Positions 16,649 through 24,630 are shown, counted from the stretch's first letter. The stretch: 32,066 bases of DNA from a virus (IMGVR_UViG_3300024232_000054:1-32066), one strand, 5' to 3'. Program-made: numbers and translations. The notes: a model not told the origin generated them from the sequence alone.

Positions 16649-17383
16649 ATGATGATGGGAATGCTGGGCGCCATTGGCGCGGCCGGCGGCGGCGGCTTTA
16701 CGCCTGCGAGCCTTACCGGATTGTTGGGATGGTGGGATGCGAACAATCTCACGCTTTCCGGGGCGAATGTCACCGCTGCCGCTGATCTCAGCGGCAGCGG
16801 GAACAATCTGGGACCTTATGCGTCGGCGCCCCAATACAATGCGACAGGGTTGAACTCGCGGCCCACGATGGATTTTGCTGGCGCCTCGGCAACTAGGGGG
16901 CTTGCAAAAGCTGGTTTCGCGTTCGGTACTGGATCAACGCTTACTGCCTTTTTTGTTGGTAAACTTAACAGCAGTTTATCAACATATGGCCGAGCCCTCG
17001 CATATTTTGCCGGCGGTGCCAATGACGCCGATAACAACGCCTCATTCGTACTGAGCAGCGACAATGCAACGACCGGCGTAGTTCTTTATCGTAACACGAA
17101 TACCGCCGCCCGCGCATTCGGCACCGCCGCCCCCCATCGCTGTATCGCCACGGTAAAGTCTGACGGCGTGATGACCATCTATGTCGATGGCGTATCGACA
17201 ACCGGGGCAACCCTGTTGGCGGCCTTTGGTGCTTCAGGAACTCTAGCCATTGGTCTGGCGGCATTTGCATCAACCTCGGGGTGGGATGGCAGCCTATCCG
17301 AAGTTGGTATCGCTACCGGGTATTCTGATGCGACCGCGGTTGGTCAATTGGATTCATATCTCCAAACCAAATGGGGACTGTGA
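16649..17383 (+). CDS. LamG/concanavalin-A-like putative receptor-binding protein
   Basis: FTPASL-x-GL-x-GWWDA...DLSG-x-GN, IYVDG, L-x-IG...WDG-x-LSEV...YL-x-x-KWGL motifs. Confidence 0.75.
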   Translation: MMMGMLGAIGAAGGGGFTPASLTGLLGWWDANNLTLSGANVTAAADLSGSGNNLGPYASAPQYNATGLNSRPTMDFAGASATRGLAKAGFAFGTGSTLTAFFVGKLNSSLSTYGRALAYFAGGANDADNNASFVLSSDNATTGVVLYRNTNTAARAFGTAAPHRCIATVKSDGVMTIYVDGVSTTGATLLAAFGASGTLAIGLAAFASTSGWDGSLSEVGIATGYSDATAVGQLDSYLQTKWGL

Positions 17384-17387
17384 CCGA

Positions 17388-17540
17388 TCATGGATTGCGT
17401 GCGGGCGATATACAAGTTTGATCGATAGATATCTGTCCTGCGGGACATTTTGGCCAACCGAGTGGCCACGGGTTCATCACCGTGAACGTGGCACCAGCCA
17501 GCAATAGAAAAAACAAAAACAACAGTTCCAATGGTTTCAT
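17388..17540 (-). CDS. Small antisense membrane/secreted protein (50 aa), moron-like
   Basis: MKPLELLFLFFLLLAGATFTV hydrophobic helix plus CPAG...C pair. It exactly fills an otherwise non-coding gap. Confidence 0.55.
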   Translation of the reverse strand: MKPLELLFLFFLLLAGATFTVMNPWPLGWPKCPAGQISIDQTCISPARNP

Positions 17541-17566
17541 CCGAGCCACATCCCGAAAGGCCCGGC

Positions 17567-17596
17567 AGCCTAGCACCTCGTCCACAAAGCGAGCAA
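17567..17596 (-). promoter_or_regulatory. Candidate sigma70 promoter for the antisense gene
   Basis: TTGCTC-N18-TAGGCT on the minus strand, about 26 nt upstream of ATG 17540. Confidence 0.35.
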
Positions 17597-17616
17597 GATA
17601 TGATCTGGAATTACTG

Positions 17617-18696
17617 ATGGGCTACATCTTCAATCCCAGCAGCTCGGTTGCGAACTCACCAAAATTTATCTTATCAATGTGGGTGCAGATACCAGCGGGA
17701 GTTACTGGTATTATCCCACTTCTGGAGTTTGGAAAGAGCGATACCAAAAGCTGCTATCGGGTGAGCAAGTTCAATCTGGAAGTAGCAGGAGATGGTTCAA
17801 ACCCGACATTGAATGTAAGCTTGCGCGGTGTCGGCGACTCCGGGTCCATCGCAAGTTCTATTGTTGGCGACGGTAATAATCCATTCTCCACATTTCAACC
17901 ATCGCAAACATTTTCCACGGGTGTTATTGGCGAGGGAAACCACTATTGGATGGTTGCTGCTGGTTTGGCTTTTCAGCCAGTCATGGAATCTTTCTTAAGC
18001 ACTGGCGTTGGCGTTAATGCCTATAACTGGATGCATATTTATTATTCGGTCGATGCTTCGATAGCAACCGAGTTCACTGGTTTTGCCACGGCATCAAGTG
18101 CCCCGAATGTTTCGTGCGTGGTCAATTCTATTGCGCAGGAATCACCCGGAGATAATTTGGATTTAACCCATCTGGAGCCCAACGAAACAATAACAAGGGC
18201 AAACTCTGGAGCCATTGCGGACAATAGCGTACTGCAAGCCAATAGCACAACGTTTGCCATTGGCATTACCAAGACTTGGAATGCGGGAACTGTTGCTGAT
18301 GATGGCTCCGGGACAGCGGGTCCGGCTACCCATGATTTCGCAGCCGGCCACATCAGCATAGCTGGATTTTCCATCGAGATAAACGGCTCGCCATTTGGTC
18401 TACCCGGTACCAATTCTGTGCCATCACTCAATAAGAAAGTGCGCTACGCCGACGTGCAAATGTGGTTCGGGCAATATGCTGATGGGGCGACTGCATATGC
18501 CAAGTTCGTTACCATCGCTGGTGGTTTTGGAACGCCGGCGAATTCGTCTATTGCCGCGGCTTTCTTTGGGGAGCCGCATTTCAGTTTCCGCGGTCCGGCA
18601 TCAAGTATAGCGACCAATCTCGGGACTGGCGGAGCCTTCACCAAGACGGGGACTGTTACCGATTCCGCGCTACCGCCAGTTAGGTTTGCGGTCTAA
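17617..18696 (+). CDS. Second LamG-like / beta-rich putative receptor-binding protein
   Basis: F-x-LSMWV, NWMH-x-YYSVD, ADVQMW-x-G and NLGTGGAF-x-x-TG motifs. ATG 17617 is preferred over GTG 17482. Confidence 0.65.
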   Translation: MGYIFNPSSSVANSPKFILSMWVQIPAGVTGIIPLLEFGKSDTKSCYRVSKFNLEVAGDGSNPTLNVSLRGVGDSGSIASSIVGDGNNPFSTFQPSQTFSTGVIGEGNHYWMVAAGLAFQPVMESFLSTGVGVNAYNWMHIYYSVDASIATEFTGFATASSAPNVSCVVNSIAQESPGDNLDLTHLEPNETITRANSGAIADNSVLQANSTTFAIGITKTWNAGTVADDGSGTAGPATHDFAAGHISIAGFSIEINGSPFGLPGTNSVPSLNKKVRYADVQMWFGQYADGATAYAKFVTIAGGFGTPANSSIAAAFFGEPHFSFRGPASSIATNLGTGGAFTKTGTVTDSALPPVRFAV

Positions 18697-18714
18697 TCCG
18701 AAAGACAATCTCAC

Positions 18715-18837
18715 ATGACCAAGCTCAAAGCCGCGCCTGCGGTGGTTTCCGCATGGATGGACGAGGATGAAGACAACCTGATTATCGCTTGCTTCGTGGC
18801 GTTCTGGGTTGGGTTTGCCTCGGTGTATGCGCCATGA
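18715..18837 (+). CDS. Small single-TM protein (40 aa) upstream of the endolysin
   Basis: MTKLKAAPAVVSAWMDEDEDNLIIACFVAFWVGFASVYAP. Its stop overlaps the endolysin start (ATGA). Confidence 0.55.
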   Translation: MTKLKAAPAVVSAWMDEDEDNLIIACFVAFWVGFASVYAP

Positions 18838-19637
18838 CCGCAGCAACTTACGATGCAGCAATGATCCGCGTGTTTGCGGACGAGGGCGGATACACAAACG
18901 ATCCAAAGGACCCAGGTGGTGCCACGAACTGGGGTATCACGATATTTGACGCTCGCAAGTATTGGAAAGCAAACGCCACGCCTGCCGATGTTAAGGCAAT
19001 GCCAAAGGATGTGGCGAGCAAGATATATCGAGCGCACTACGCCAACCCAATGAGGTACGACGATCTCCCTGCCGGCTTCGACTACTCGGTTCTGGACGCT
19101 GCAATAAACTCAGGCGTAGGCCGCGCTCCTGTTTGGGCAGGGAAGGCGCTGGGTATTCCTGTCAAGTCGATCAACGACGTTGTAGCGCCTGCCAACGCCG
19201 CGCCTGACAAGGTTGCGATCATTCAGAAGTATTGGGCTGTCCGTCTCGCGTTCCTTCATGGGCTAGGGACATGGAGCCATTTCGGCGGGGGATGGGGTAG
19301 GCGGTGTGCGCAAGGCGAAGCTGCGGCGGTTCGCATGTGGCTATCCGTTGGTGCGAAGCTATCCAGCGCCGATCAAAAAACGCAAATGAACAAGGAGGCC
19401 ACCAAGGCCAAGGCCAAATCAAAGCAGGCGAGTAAAGCGGGAGCGGCGACGGGAGCTGGTACGGGAGCCGCTGGCGGGACGGTTGCAACCAATCCAACGG
19501 TAGACGCCGCTCATTTCTCCCTTGGTGGGAAGATCGCTCTTGGCATCCTGATCGCTGTTGGTATTGCGGTCGCGGTCTACTTCATTCGCAAGGCGATCAT
19601 CGATAACCAGCGTGCAGAAGCTTACGCAGCCGCATGA
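18834..19637 (+). CDS. Endolysin, glycoside hydrolase family 108, with C-terminal Gly/Ala linker and TM helix
   Basis: EGGY-x-NDP-x-DPGGATNWGIT, D-x-LP-x-G-x-DY-x-V-x-D-x-A-x-NSG and FG-x-GW-x-RR motifs. Confidence 0.92.
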   Translation: MTAATYDAAMIRVFADEGGYTNDPKDPGGATNWGITIFDARKYWKANATPADVKAMPKDVASKIYRAHYANPMRYDDLPAGFDYSVLDAAINSGVGRAPVWAGKALGIPVKSINDVVAPANAAPDKVAIIQKYWAVRLAFLHGLGTWSHFGGGWGRRCAQGEAAAVRMWLSVGAKLSSADQKTQMNKEATKAKAKSKQASKAGAATGAGTGAAGGTVATNPTVDAAHFSLGGKIALGILIAVGIAVAVYFIRKAIIDNQRAEAYAAA

Positions 19638-19732
19638 CCGTCTGGGGTGCCGTCACACGGTCCGCGCCGTACATCGCTGGAATTAGTGCTGTACTCCTGA
19701 TCCTGCTGATATTTATCGCGGTGAAGCCATGA
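19634..19732 (+). CDS. Small single-TM peptide (32 aa)
   Basis: MTVWGAVTRSAPYIAGISAVLLILLIFIAVKP, with ATGA overlaps at both ends. Confidence 0.6.
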   Translation: MTVWGAVTRSAPYIAGISAVLLILLIFIAVKP

Positions 19733-20277
19733 CCGATCTGACCTTCCCCGGCTATCGCTCGTTTGAGGCCGGGCCTGACGATCAATACCGTGCAAAATGG
19801 CAGGCAGTGCGCGCTACGTTCGGAACAGCATCGTTGCAGCTTACCGTTGAACCTTTGAATTTTCCTGCAATCGTAAACCTGAACGGCAACATCAATGGCC
19901 TAGTTCGTTACACGCCGGAAGCGTCTGGACAGGATCAGTGGCAGTCACCGTCGGACACTATATCACTTCGCACTGGCGATTGCGAGGATTACGCCATTCT
20001 CAAATATGCGACGCTGCTGAAATCTGGACTGGCAGAAGATAGCCTTCGCATTGTCATTGGTGAAATCAAATCCATCGCCGGCAACCAGCCTCATGCGTGG
20101 TGCGCGGCGTATCTCGACGGCGCGTGGCGAGCGATGGATCAAAAATTCGACCAACTAATAAAGGTTGCAGACTACATCAACTGGCTTCCGTTAGCAGCGA
20201 TGCACGGCGAAACCGTGGTGCTGTATGCGCCGGGGGAGACGTTCACGATAGCAGATCGTTTGAGGGATGTTGCGTGA
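19729..20277 (+). CDS. Bacterial transglutaminase-like cysteine peptidase (BTLCP / peptidase C93, LapG-like)
   Basis: N-x-x-IN...Y...D-x-W-x-SP...GDCEDYAILKY-x-x-L-x-x-x-G...LRIV...HA...MD, with the Cys-His-Asp triad intact. Confidence 0.9.
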   Translation: MTDLTFPGYRSFEAGPDDQYRAKWQAVRATFGTASLQLTVEPLNFPAIVNLNGNINGLVRYTPEASGQDQWQSPSDTISLRTGDCEDYAILKYATLLKSGLAEDSLRIVIGEIKSIAGNQPHAWCAAYLDGAWRAMDQKFDQLIKVADYINWLPLAAMHGETVVLYAPGETFTIADRLRDVA

Positions 20278-20432
20278 CCGTCATGCAGCGCATCAAGCGT
20301 ATCCGCTGCTGGTTTCGGTATTATCACATTCACGATCCCGGCGGCGTATATAAATTCCGCTATGACGTTTCTGGCATGTGCTGGGACTGCGGGAAAGTTG
20401 GAAGCGGTAAAAAGGAGGAAGACGGCGAATGA
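20274..20432 (+). CDS. Small Cys/His zinc-ribbon-like protein (52 aa)
   Basis: C-x5-H...CWDCGK. GTGA and ATGA overlaps with both neighbours. Confidence 0.55.
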   Translation: MTVMQRIKRIRCWFRYYHIHDPGGVYKFRYDVSGMCWDCGKVGSGKKEEDGE

Positions 20433-20911
20433 CATTATTGCTGATTGTTCTTTTCATCATTGCGATTATTGTCTTGTACGCAGTCTGGGTCCGGACGTGG
20501 CTTAAATCCAAATCATGGACGCAAGGTTTCTTTGCCGCCATCGAACCGATTGAGATTTTCCTTTATTCCAAATCGGAAACGATCCTGTTCGCGCGGCTCA
20601 AGGTCGTCGTCGGCCTGCTGTTGTCGGCACTGACCTCGCTAGGTGAAATCAACCTGACGCCGCTCATGCCGTTCGTTCCCGACAAATACCAGTTCTATGT
20701 TAATGCCGCAGTCAATCTATTGCCGCTGGCGATTTCAGTTGTTGGAGTGCTCGACGAGAAACTCCGAAACGGCACCACCAAGCCGATTGAGTTGGTGGCT
20801 GTGCCTGACAAGGTAGTTGCTGAAACGCCCAAGCTGGCAGAGGCCGTAGCTATGGCTGATGCGACTAAGGTTGAAGCGGTGGCGGCGGTTCAAGAAGCGA
20901 AGGCGGCATAG
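20429..20911 (+). CDS. Membrane protein, holin candidate (about 3 TM)
   Basis: Strong SD AAGGAGG, three hydrophobic segments, located in the lysis region. Confidence 0.6.
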   Translation: MTLLLIVLFIIAIIVLYAVWVRTWLKSKSWTQGFFAAIEPIEIFLYSKSETILFARLKVVVGLLLSALTSLGEINLTPLMPFVPDKYQFYVNAAVNLLPLAISVVGVLDEKLRNGTTKPIELVAVPDKVVAETPKLAEAVAMADATKVEAVAAVQEAKAA

Positions 20912-20912
20912 C

Positions 20913-21305
20913 ATGTTTGCTTTTGCATCTATGATCTTCTCATTTCTAGGCGGCCCGGTAGCCAAGGCGCTCGTTGGTGCTTATCAGGCACACCTCACGG
21001 CAACGACAACAGATCATGCGACCGCAGCCGATTTGGCCGGCAAAGAAATCGCCGCAGAGACGGCAGAGACCAACGCCATCACGCAATATCGCATTGCTGA
21101 AATCGGACATTGGTATGAGCCAGATAAATTGATGGGCTACACGGTAGCGATCTATTTTGCCAAGCTGCTGATCTGGGACAAGTGCTTTGGTCTCGGCGTT
21201 ACCGATCCATTGCTAGGATGGTCTGGGACAGTGGCAACCGCCATCGTCGGCTTTTACTTCACCAAAAGAGGATTTGAAAACGTGGCGCGGATACTCAAGC
21301 GATGA
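20913..21305 (+). CDS. Holin-like membrane protein (3TM/GTA-holin-like)
   Basis: Amphipathic N-terminus, two TM segments around WDK-x-x-G-x-G-x-TDPL, and C-terminal IVGFYF-x-x-R-x-FE. Confidence 0.65.
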   Translation: MFAFASMIFSFLGGPVAKALVGAYQAHLTATTTDHATAADLAGKEIAAETAETNAITQYRIAEIGHWYEPDKLMGYTVAIYFAKLLIWDKCFGLGVTDPLLGWSGTVATAIVGFYFTKRGFENVARILKR

Positions 21306-21733
21306 GCCGCAGAACAACACCAGTGCGCCGACGCAGCCGCGCCAGTCACACAATCCAGCCCGGTTTTACCATAGGAAGCCTGACCAACCTGTTCGCTATT
21401 CCAATAGTGACCGGCGTTATCGTGATGTCAGGTTTCTACTACGTCACCAACGATAAGCTTGGCCGATACGGTGCCGACATCTCCAGGATCAACGACAAGA
21501 TAGAAATCAGCAACAAATCCGTTCTGGACAAGACGGCAGAGGACGCTGCGGCGCGAGCAAAGATCAGGGACGAGTTCATATCGGCGCAGATGAAAACCGC
21601 TGATGGCATCGGAAAGCTAGACACCCGGCTTGCCGTCGCGGAGGCAAACCAGAAGATCGCCAACGAGCAACTGACGAAGATTAGCGATTCATTGCAGAAG
21701 ATTGTAGCGTTCCCACCACCTAGAAATCGTTAA
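21302..21733 (+). CDS. Single-TM plus coiled-coil lysis-region protein
   Basis: Basic N-terminus, TM helix, heptad-rich C-terminus, ATGA overlap. Confidence 0.6.
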   Translation: MSRRTTPVRRRSRASHTIQPGFTIGSLTNLFAIPIVTGVIVMSGFYYVTNDKLGRYGADISRINDKIEISNKSVLDKTAEDAAARAKIRDEFISAQMKTADGIGKLDTRLAVAEANQKIANEQLTKISDSLQKIVAFPPPRNR

Positions 21734-21738
21734 CAACG

Positions 21739-22149
21739 ATGCGAAGATATCTGGAGGGCCGGTTGTTCGAATGGGTAGCGGCCGTCTGCATGATTTTCAT
21801 TGCTACACAGATATTCATCTGGCCGGATACGATCTTGGGCGCCGATTCATTTACGCTATTGCTTCATTTTATACCTGGGTTCTATATCGCTATATTCCTG
21901 TTGTTGTTTGGCATTGCCCGTTTCTTCTCCCTGATAGCCAATGGGCGTTCTAAGGTTTATGGGCCTAGAATCCGCGCCTATGGTGCGGCTGCCGGTTCCG
22001 TTCTGTGGGCTCAATTTGCATTGTCTCTTGTCGATACGATTGCAATTCATCCGTCGCCAAACATCCCGATATGGACATCGTTCGCTTTAGCGGAGATTTA
22101 CACCTGCTATCGGGCTGCTTCTGATGAAATCAGCAATGCAAGAAACTAG
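21739..22149 (+). CDS. Integral membrane protein (about 4 TM)
   Basis: 136 aa, mostly hydrophobic (R-x-x-EW...ANG...P-x-IR). Confidence 0.7.
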   Translation: MRRYLEGRLFEWVAAVCMIFIATQIFIWPDTILGADSFTLLLHFIPGFYIAIFLLLFGIARFFSLIANGRSKVYGPRIRAYGAAAGSVLWAQFALSLVDTIAIHPSPNIPIWTSFALAEIYTCYRAASDEISNARN

Positions 22150-22570
22150 CGATGCATGGAAGTATCTTGCGCACTATCCGATAGTGGAGGCCATTTTGGC
22201 AATCTTCACGCTGGTAGCCGCAGGTGCTGCAATTTTTCGCGGTGGCTGGGACAAAAAAACCGGAGCAGGGCAGCACTCCCATGAAGGCTCCAGTGGGTGG
22301 AATCAATACACAGTCCATGACGCGCTGGAAATCCTTCGCGAGATCGGCGAGCAGAACCGGGAGCGGGATCGCATCCTCAACCGGATCGAAGACATGATGA
22401 AGGCGACCGGCAAAGCCCAATGGGAAGCCGTTCAATCTCTGAAAAAAATAGAAGAAACAGTTTCAGAAAAACTTCATCAAGAGAAACTTCAAACCATGTG
22501 GCTTGAGGATATCAGAAATAACCAGGTGATGCGTGGCGAGGGTTCGGTCGGAATACCACGTCGCAAATAG
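22124..22570 (+). CDS. Single-TM plus coiled-coil protein
   Basis: Hydrophobic AILAIFTLVAAGAAIF followed by a charged helical region. Confidence 0.6.
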   Translation: MKSAMQETSDAWKYLAHYPIVEAILAIFTLVAAGAAIFRGGWDKKTGAGQHSHEGSSGWNQYTVHDALEILREIGEQNRERDRILNRIEDMMKATGKAQWEAVQSLKKIEETVSEKLHQEKLQTMWLEDIRNNQVMRGEGSVGIPRRK

Positions 22571-22597
22571 CGGGGCACTTGCCCCTTGGGGGTAAGG

Positions 22598-23236
22598 ATG
22601 ACCGTTAAACCGCAGATAATGGCAGGGGGTAAACCGGACCCAGACCCTACCGTAATGACGACGGCGCAACTGGAAAAAGCTATCATCAACTCCGAAGCGC
22701 TCATGGAAGCCCGCTTCAATGCGGTTATAACTCGCATGGATGCGATGGACAAGGCCGTCACCATCGTTCACGAGGATTTCGTTCGCGTCCCGACGCTGCT
22801 CGATCGGGCCATACAGAACATCCGGGAGCTGGTTGAGGAAAGGATCGCCGGAAAGACCGCGCTGCTTGAGGAAAAGATCACGAGCCTCGGCAACGTGACG
22901 ACACAGCAATTCATCAGCATTGCCGACAAGTTTGCAGAAAAAGACAAGGCCGTGGCCGTTGGCCTGGAAACCCAGTCAAAATTTGCCGCCGCGGTTCAAG
23001 AGAGCAACACCGCAGCCACGGCGAAGATGGAGAGCAATTTTTCCGAATTGCTGAAACAGGGACGGGAACTACTGGCGGAAACTCGCAAGAATACCGAATC
23101 TCAGATGGCCAATATCAATTCTCGTCTGGACAGGGGCGAGGGCCAGTCCAAGGGCGCAAGGGATTTCTGGGGCTACGTTGTAGGGGCTGGCGGCCTTCTG
23201 GTCGGGCTAAGCGTATTGTTCTCGCATTGGCGCTGA
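22598..23236 (+). CDS. Long coiled-coil protein with C-terminal TM anchor
   Basis: PDPDPTVMTTAQL start, extended heptads, and G-x-S-x-G...WGYVVGAGGLLVGL terminus. Confidence 0.7.
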   Translation: MTVKPQIMAGGKPDPDPTVMTTAQLEKAIINSEALMEARFNAVITRMDAMDKAVTIVHEDFVRVPTLLDRAIQNIRELVEERIAGKTALLEEKITSLGNVTTQQFISIADKFAEKDKAVAVGLETQSKFAAAVQESNTAATAKMESNFSELLKQGRELLAETRKNTESQMANINSRLDRGEGQSKGARDFWGYVVGAGGLLVGLSVLFSHWR

Positions 23237-23237
23237 C

Positions 23238-23420
23238 GTGCAGTTCAAGGCCCTCTGCATGGCCGCCGTTTCATTTGACGGTTACGCCATGTCTCTATTG
23301 AAGCCGGAGCCTCCCGGTAGGCATCGTGCAGAGCATGTCACGCTAGAGCTTATGAGAGAACGCGGCCTGTTCGTGGCTGGCAAAATCTATCGCATCACGA
23401 TTGAAGAAGAAGGAGACTAA
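23238..23420 (+). CDS. Small hypothetical protein (60 aa)
   Basis: Fills the gap and ends with F-x-x-GK-x-Y-x-ITIEE. Confidence 0.45.
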   Translation: MQFKALCMAAVSFDGYAMSLLKPEPPGRHRAEHVTLELMRERGLFVAGKIYRITIEEEGD

Positions 23421-23424
23421 AAAA

Positions 23425-23652
23425 ATGTCATGCTTTTCACTCGCATGGATCATGCAACTATGCATCTACATTGCTTTGATTTCATCCTGCACCAAGGCCC
23501 GTGCGGATACTCCCAAACTGCCTGTAGGCGTCACCTGCGAGATTGTACGGGCCAAGGTGGCAGAGCATGGGAAGATCGTTGCTTACGCATGGGCGACTTT
23601 GCAAGGCTATTCCAGACGGGAGATAAAAGAGGCGCGGAAATGTTTGAAGTGA
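23425..23652 (+). CDS. Small secreted or lipoprotein-like protein (75 aa)
   Basis: SD AGGAG, hydrophobic N-terminus with ISSC (lipobox-like) or ARA/D cleavage site, and two further Cys. Confidence 0.55.
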   Translation: MSCFSLAWIMQLCIYIALISSCTKARADTPKLPVGVTCEIVRAKVAEHGKIVAYAWATLQGYSRREIKEARKCLK

Positions 23653-23700
23653 TTGCCGAGAGGCGATAGCCGGCTTCCTCCCCCGGCTAGTTTAGACTTG

Positions 23701-23736
23701 GGCCGCTGGCAGAAATGCTGGCGGCTTATTTTTGTT
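23701..23736 (+). terminator. Rho-independent terminator at the end of the late operon
   Basis: GCCGCTGGCA-GAAA-TGCTGGCGGC followed by TTATTTTTGTT, at the convergence of plus- and minus-strand gene blocks. Confidence 0.75.
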
Positions 23737-24049
23737 GGCCCGCACTTTGGCCAGGAGCGGGGGACTGGGGCGGGTCATCGTAGCGGCCTTCAAGGATCGC
23801 GAGCGCAGCATTGTGGGCCTCCACAAATGCCGCCTTGGCCGCCGGCTCCCTCTCCGCGCTGGCGTTACGTCTCAGCCATTGACGCACACCCCATGCCCGC
23901 TCAACTTCAATTGCTGCCCGGCTGAGAAGTCGGAAAGCGCAATATTTATCATGCTCTGCCGGATTGCTGCTGTGCTCCGCGACATTGCAGGTACAATCGT
24001 CCCTGCCGTTCGCAAGCTTCATTGCGTCGATAAATTCCTGGTGGGTCAT
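23726..24049 (-). CDS. Hypothetical protein with CxC...H-x-x-x-C motif
   Basis: SD GAGGA before ATG 24049, 107 aa. Confidence 0.6.
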   Translation of the reverse strand: MTHQEFIDAMKLANGRDDCTCNVAEHSSNPAEHDKYCAFRLLSRAAIEVERAWGVRQWLRRNASAEREPAAKAAFVEAHNAALAILEGRYDDPPQSPAPGQSAGQQK

Positions 24050-24074
24050 TTTTCCTCGCTGTCTCGATCTTCGC

Positions 24075-24236
24075 TTACGACCGGGCGCCCCTGAGAATAT
24101 ACGCAAGCTCTTCCGCTGCCCGGTCTAAATAATAGCAGCGCTCCACGCACTTTTCTGCGAGTTGAATAAGCCAATCGTCCGCTTCCTCCAGTCGAATGCC
24201 GACCATCTGAATAACCATCCGCGCGTTCCAGCTCAT
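24075..24236 (-). CDS. Small hypothetical protein (53 aa, MSWNARMVIQ...)
   Basis: Read by eye, tiles the minus-strand operon. Confidence 0.4.
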   Translation of the reverse strand: MSWNARMVIQMVGIRLEEADDWLIQLAEKCVERCYYLDRAAEELAYILRGARS

Positions 24237-24251
24237 GGCTTCAGCCCCTGC

Positions 24252-24428
24252 TCAGGTGCGACAGGCCCGCTTGGCGATTTGCTCAAGCTTATAGGCCAAA
24301 CGGAATGCTGCGTCTGCGTGGCGTGCTCTGCCATCCATATCGTCCTCGTCGGGGCGCGTCACCCGAAGGTGCTCGACGGCCGATTGTAGCGTTCCGATAT
24401 CTTCGTCGCTCAGTTCGAGCATTGGCAT
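24252..24428 (-). CDS. Small hypothetical protein (58 aa, MPMLELSDEDIGTL...)
   Basis: SD GAGGA upstream, helical amphipathic composition. Confidence 0.5.
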   Translation of the reverse strand: MPMLELSDEDIGTLQSAVEHLRVTRPDEDDMDGRARHADAAFRLAYKLEQIAKRACRT

Positions 24429-24630
24429 GGTCTATTCCTCGGTCACGACCCGGCGGCGGTGTACCGGCTTTAGTTGGCACAATCTCAATGTCATCAACCT
24501 CGGAAAATTCACCTTCGTTATCCTTGAGCCATTTACGCATGGCCTTATCAGCTTCGCGCCTGTCGGTGAAGTATTCAAAGCCGGCGCTATTGCCGCCCTC
24601 AGTGCTCCGGCTGACCCGATAAAATTTCAT
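24289..24630 (-). CDS. Hypothetical protein, 3' half probably aberrant or truncated
   Basis: MKFYRVSRSTEGGNSAG..., ATG overlaps the stop of the HTH gene. After ...PTKAG it runs out of frame over the next gene. Confidence 0.45.
   Translation of the reverse strand: MKFYRVSRSTEGGNSAGFEYFTDRREADKAMRKWLKDNEGEFSEVDDIEIVPTKAGTPPPGRDRGIDHANARTERRRYRNATIGRRAPSGDAPRRGRYGWQSTPRRRSIPFGL

Noticed and set aside
17482-17616. N-terminal extension of the 404-aa track ORF
   Set aside because: The extension is the reverse complement of the hydrophobic antisense gene. ATG 17617 gives a more plausible start.
18789-18833. SAR or signal-like N-terminus on the endolysin (MLRGVLGWVCLGVCA)
   Set aside because: It arises from an upstream TTG inside the 40-aa gene. 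ATG 18834 has an ATGA overlap and gives the normal GH108 N-terminus.
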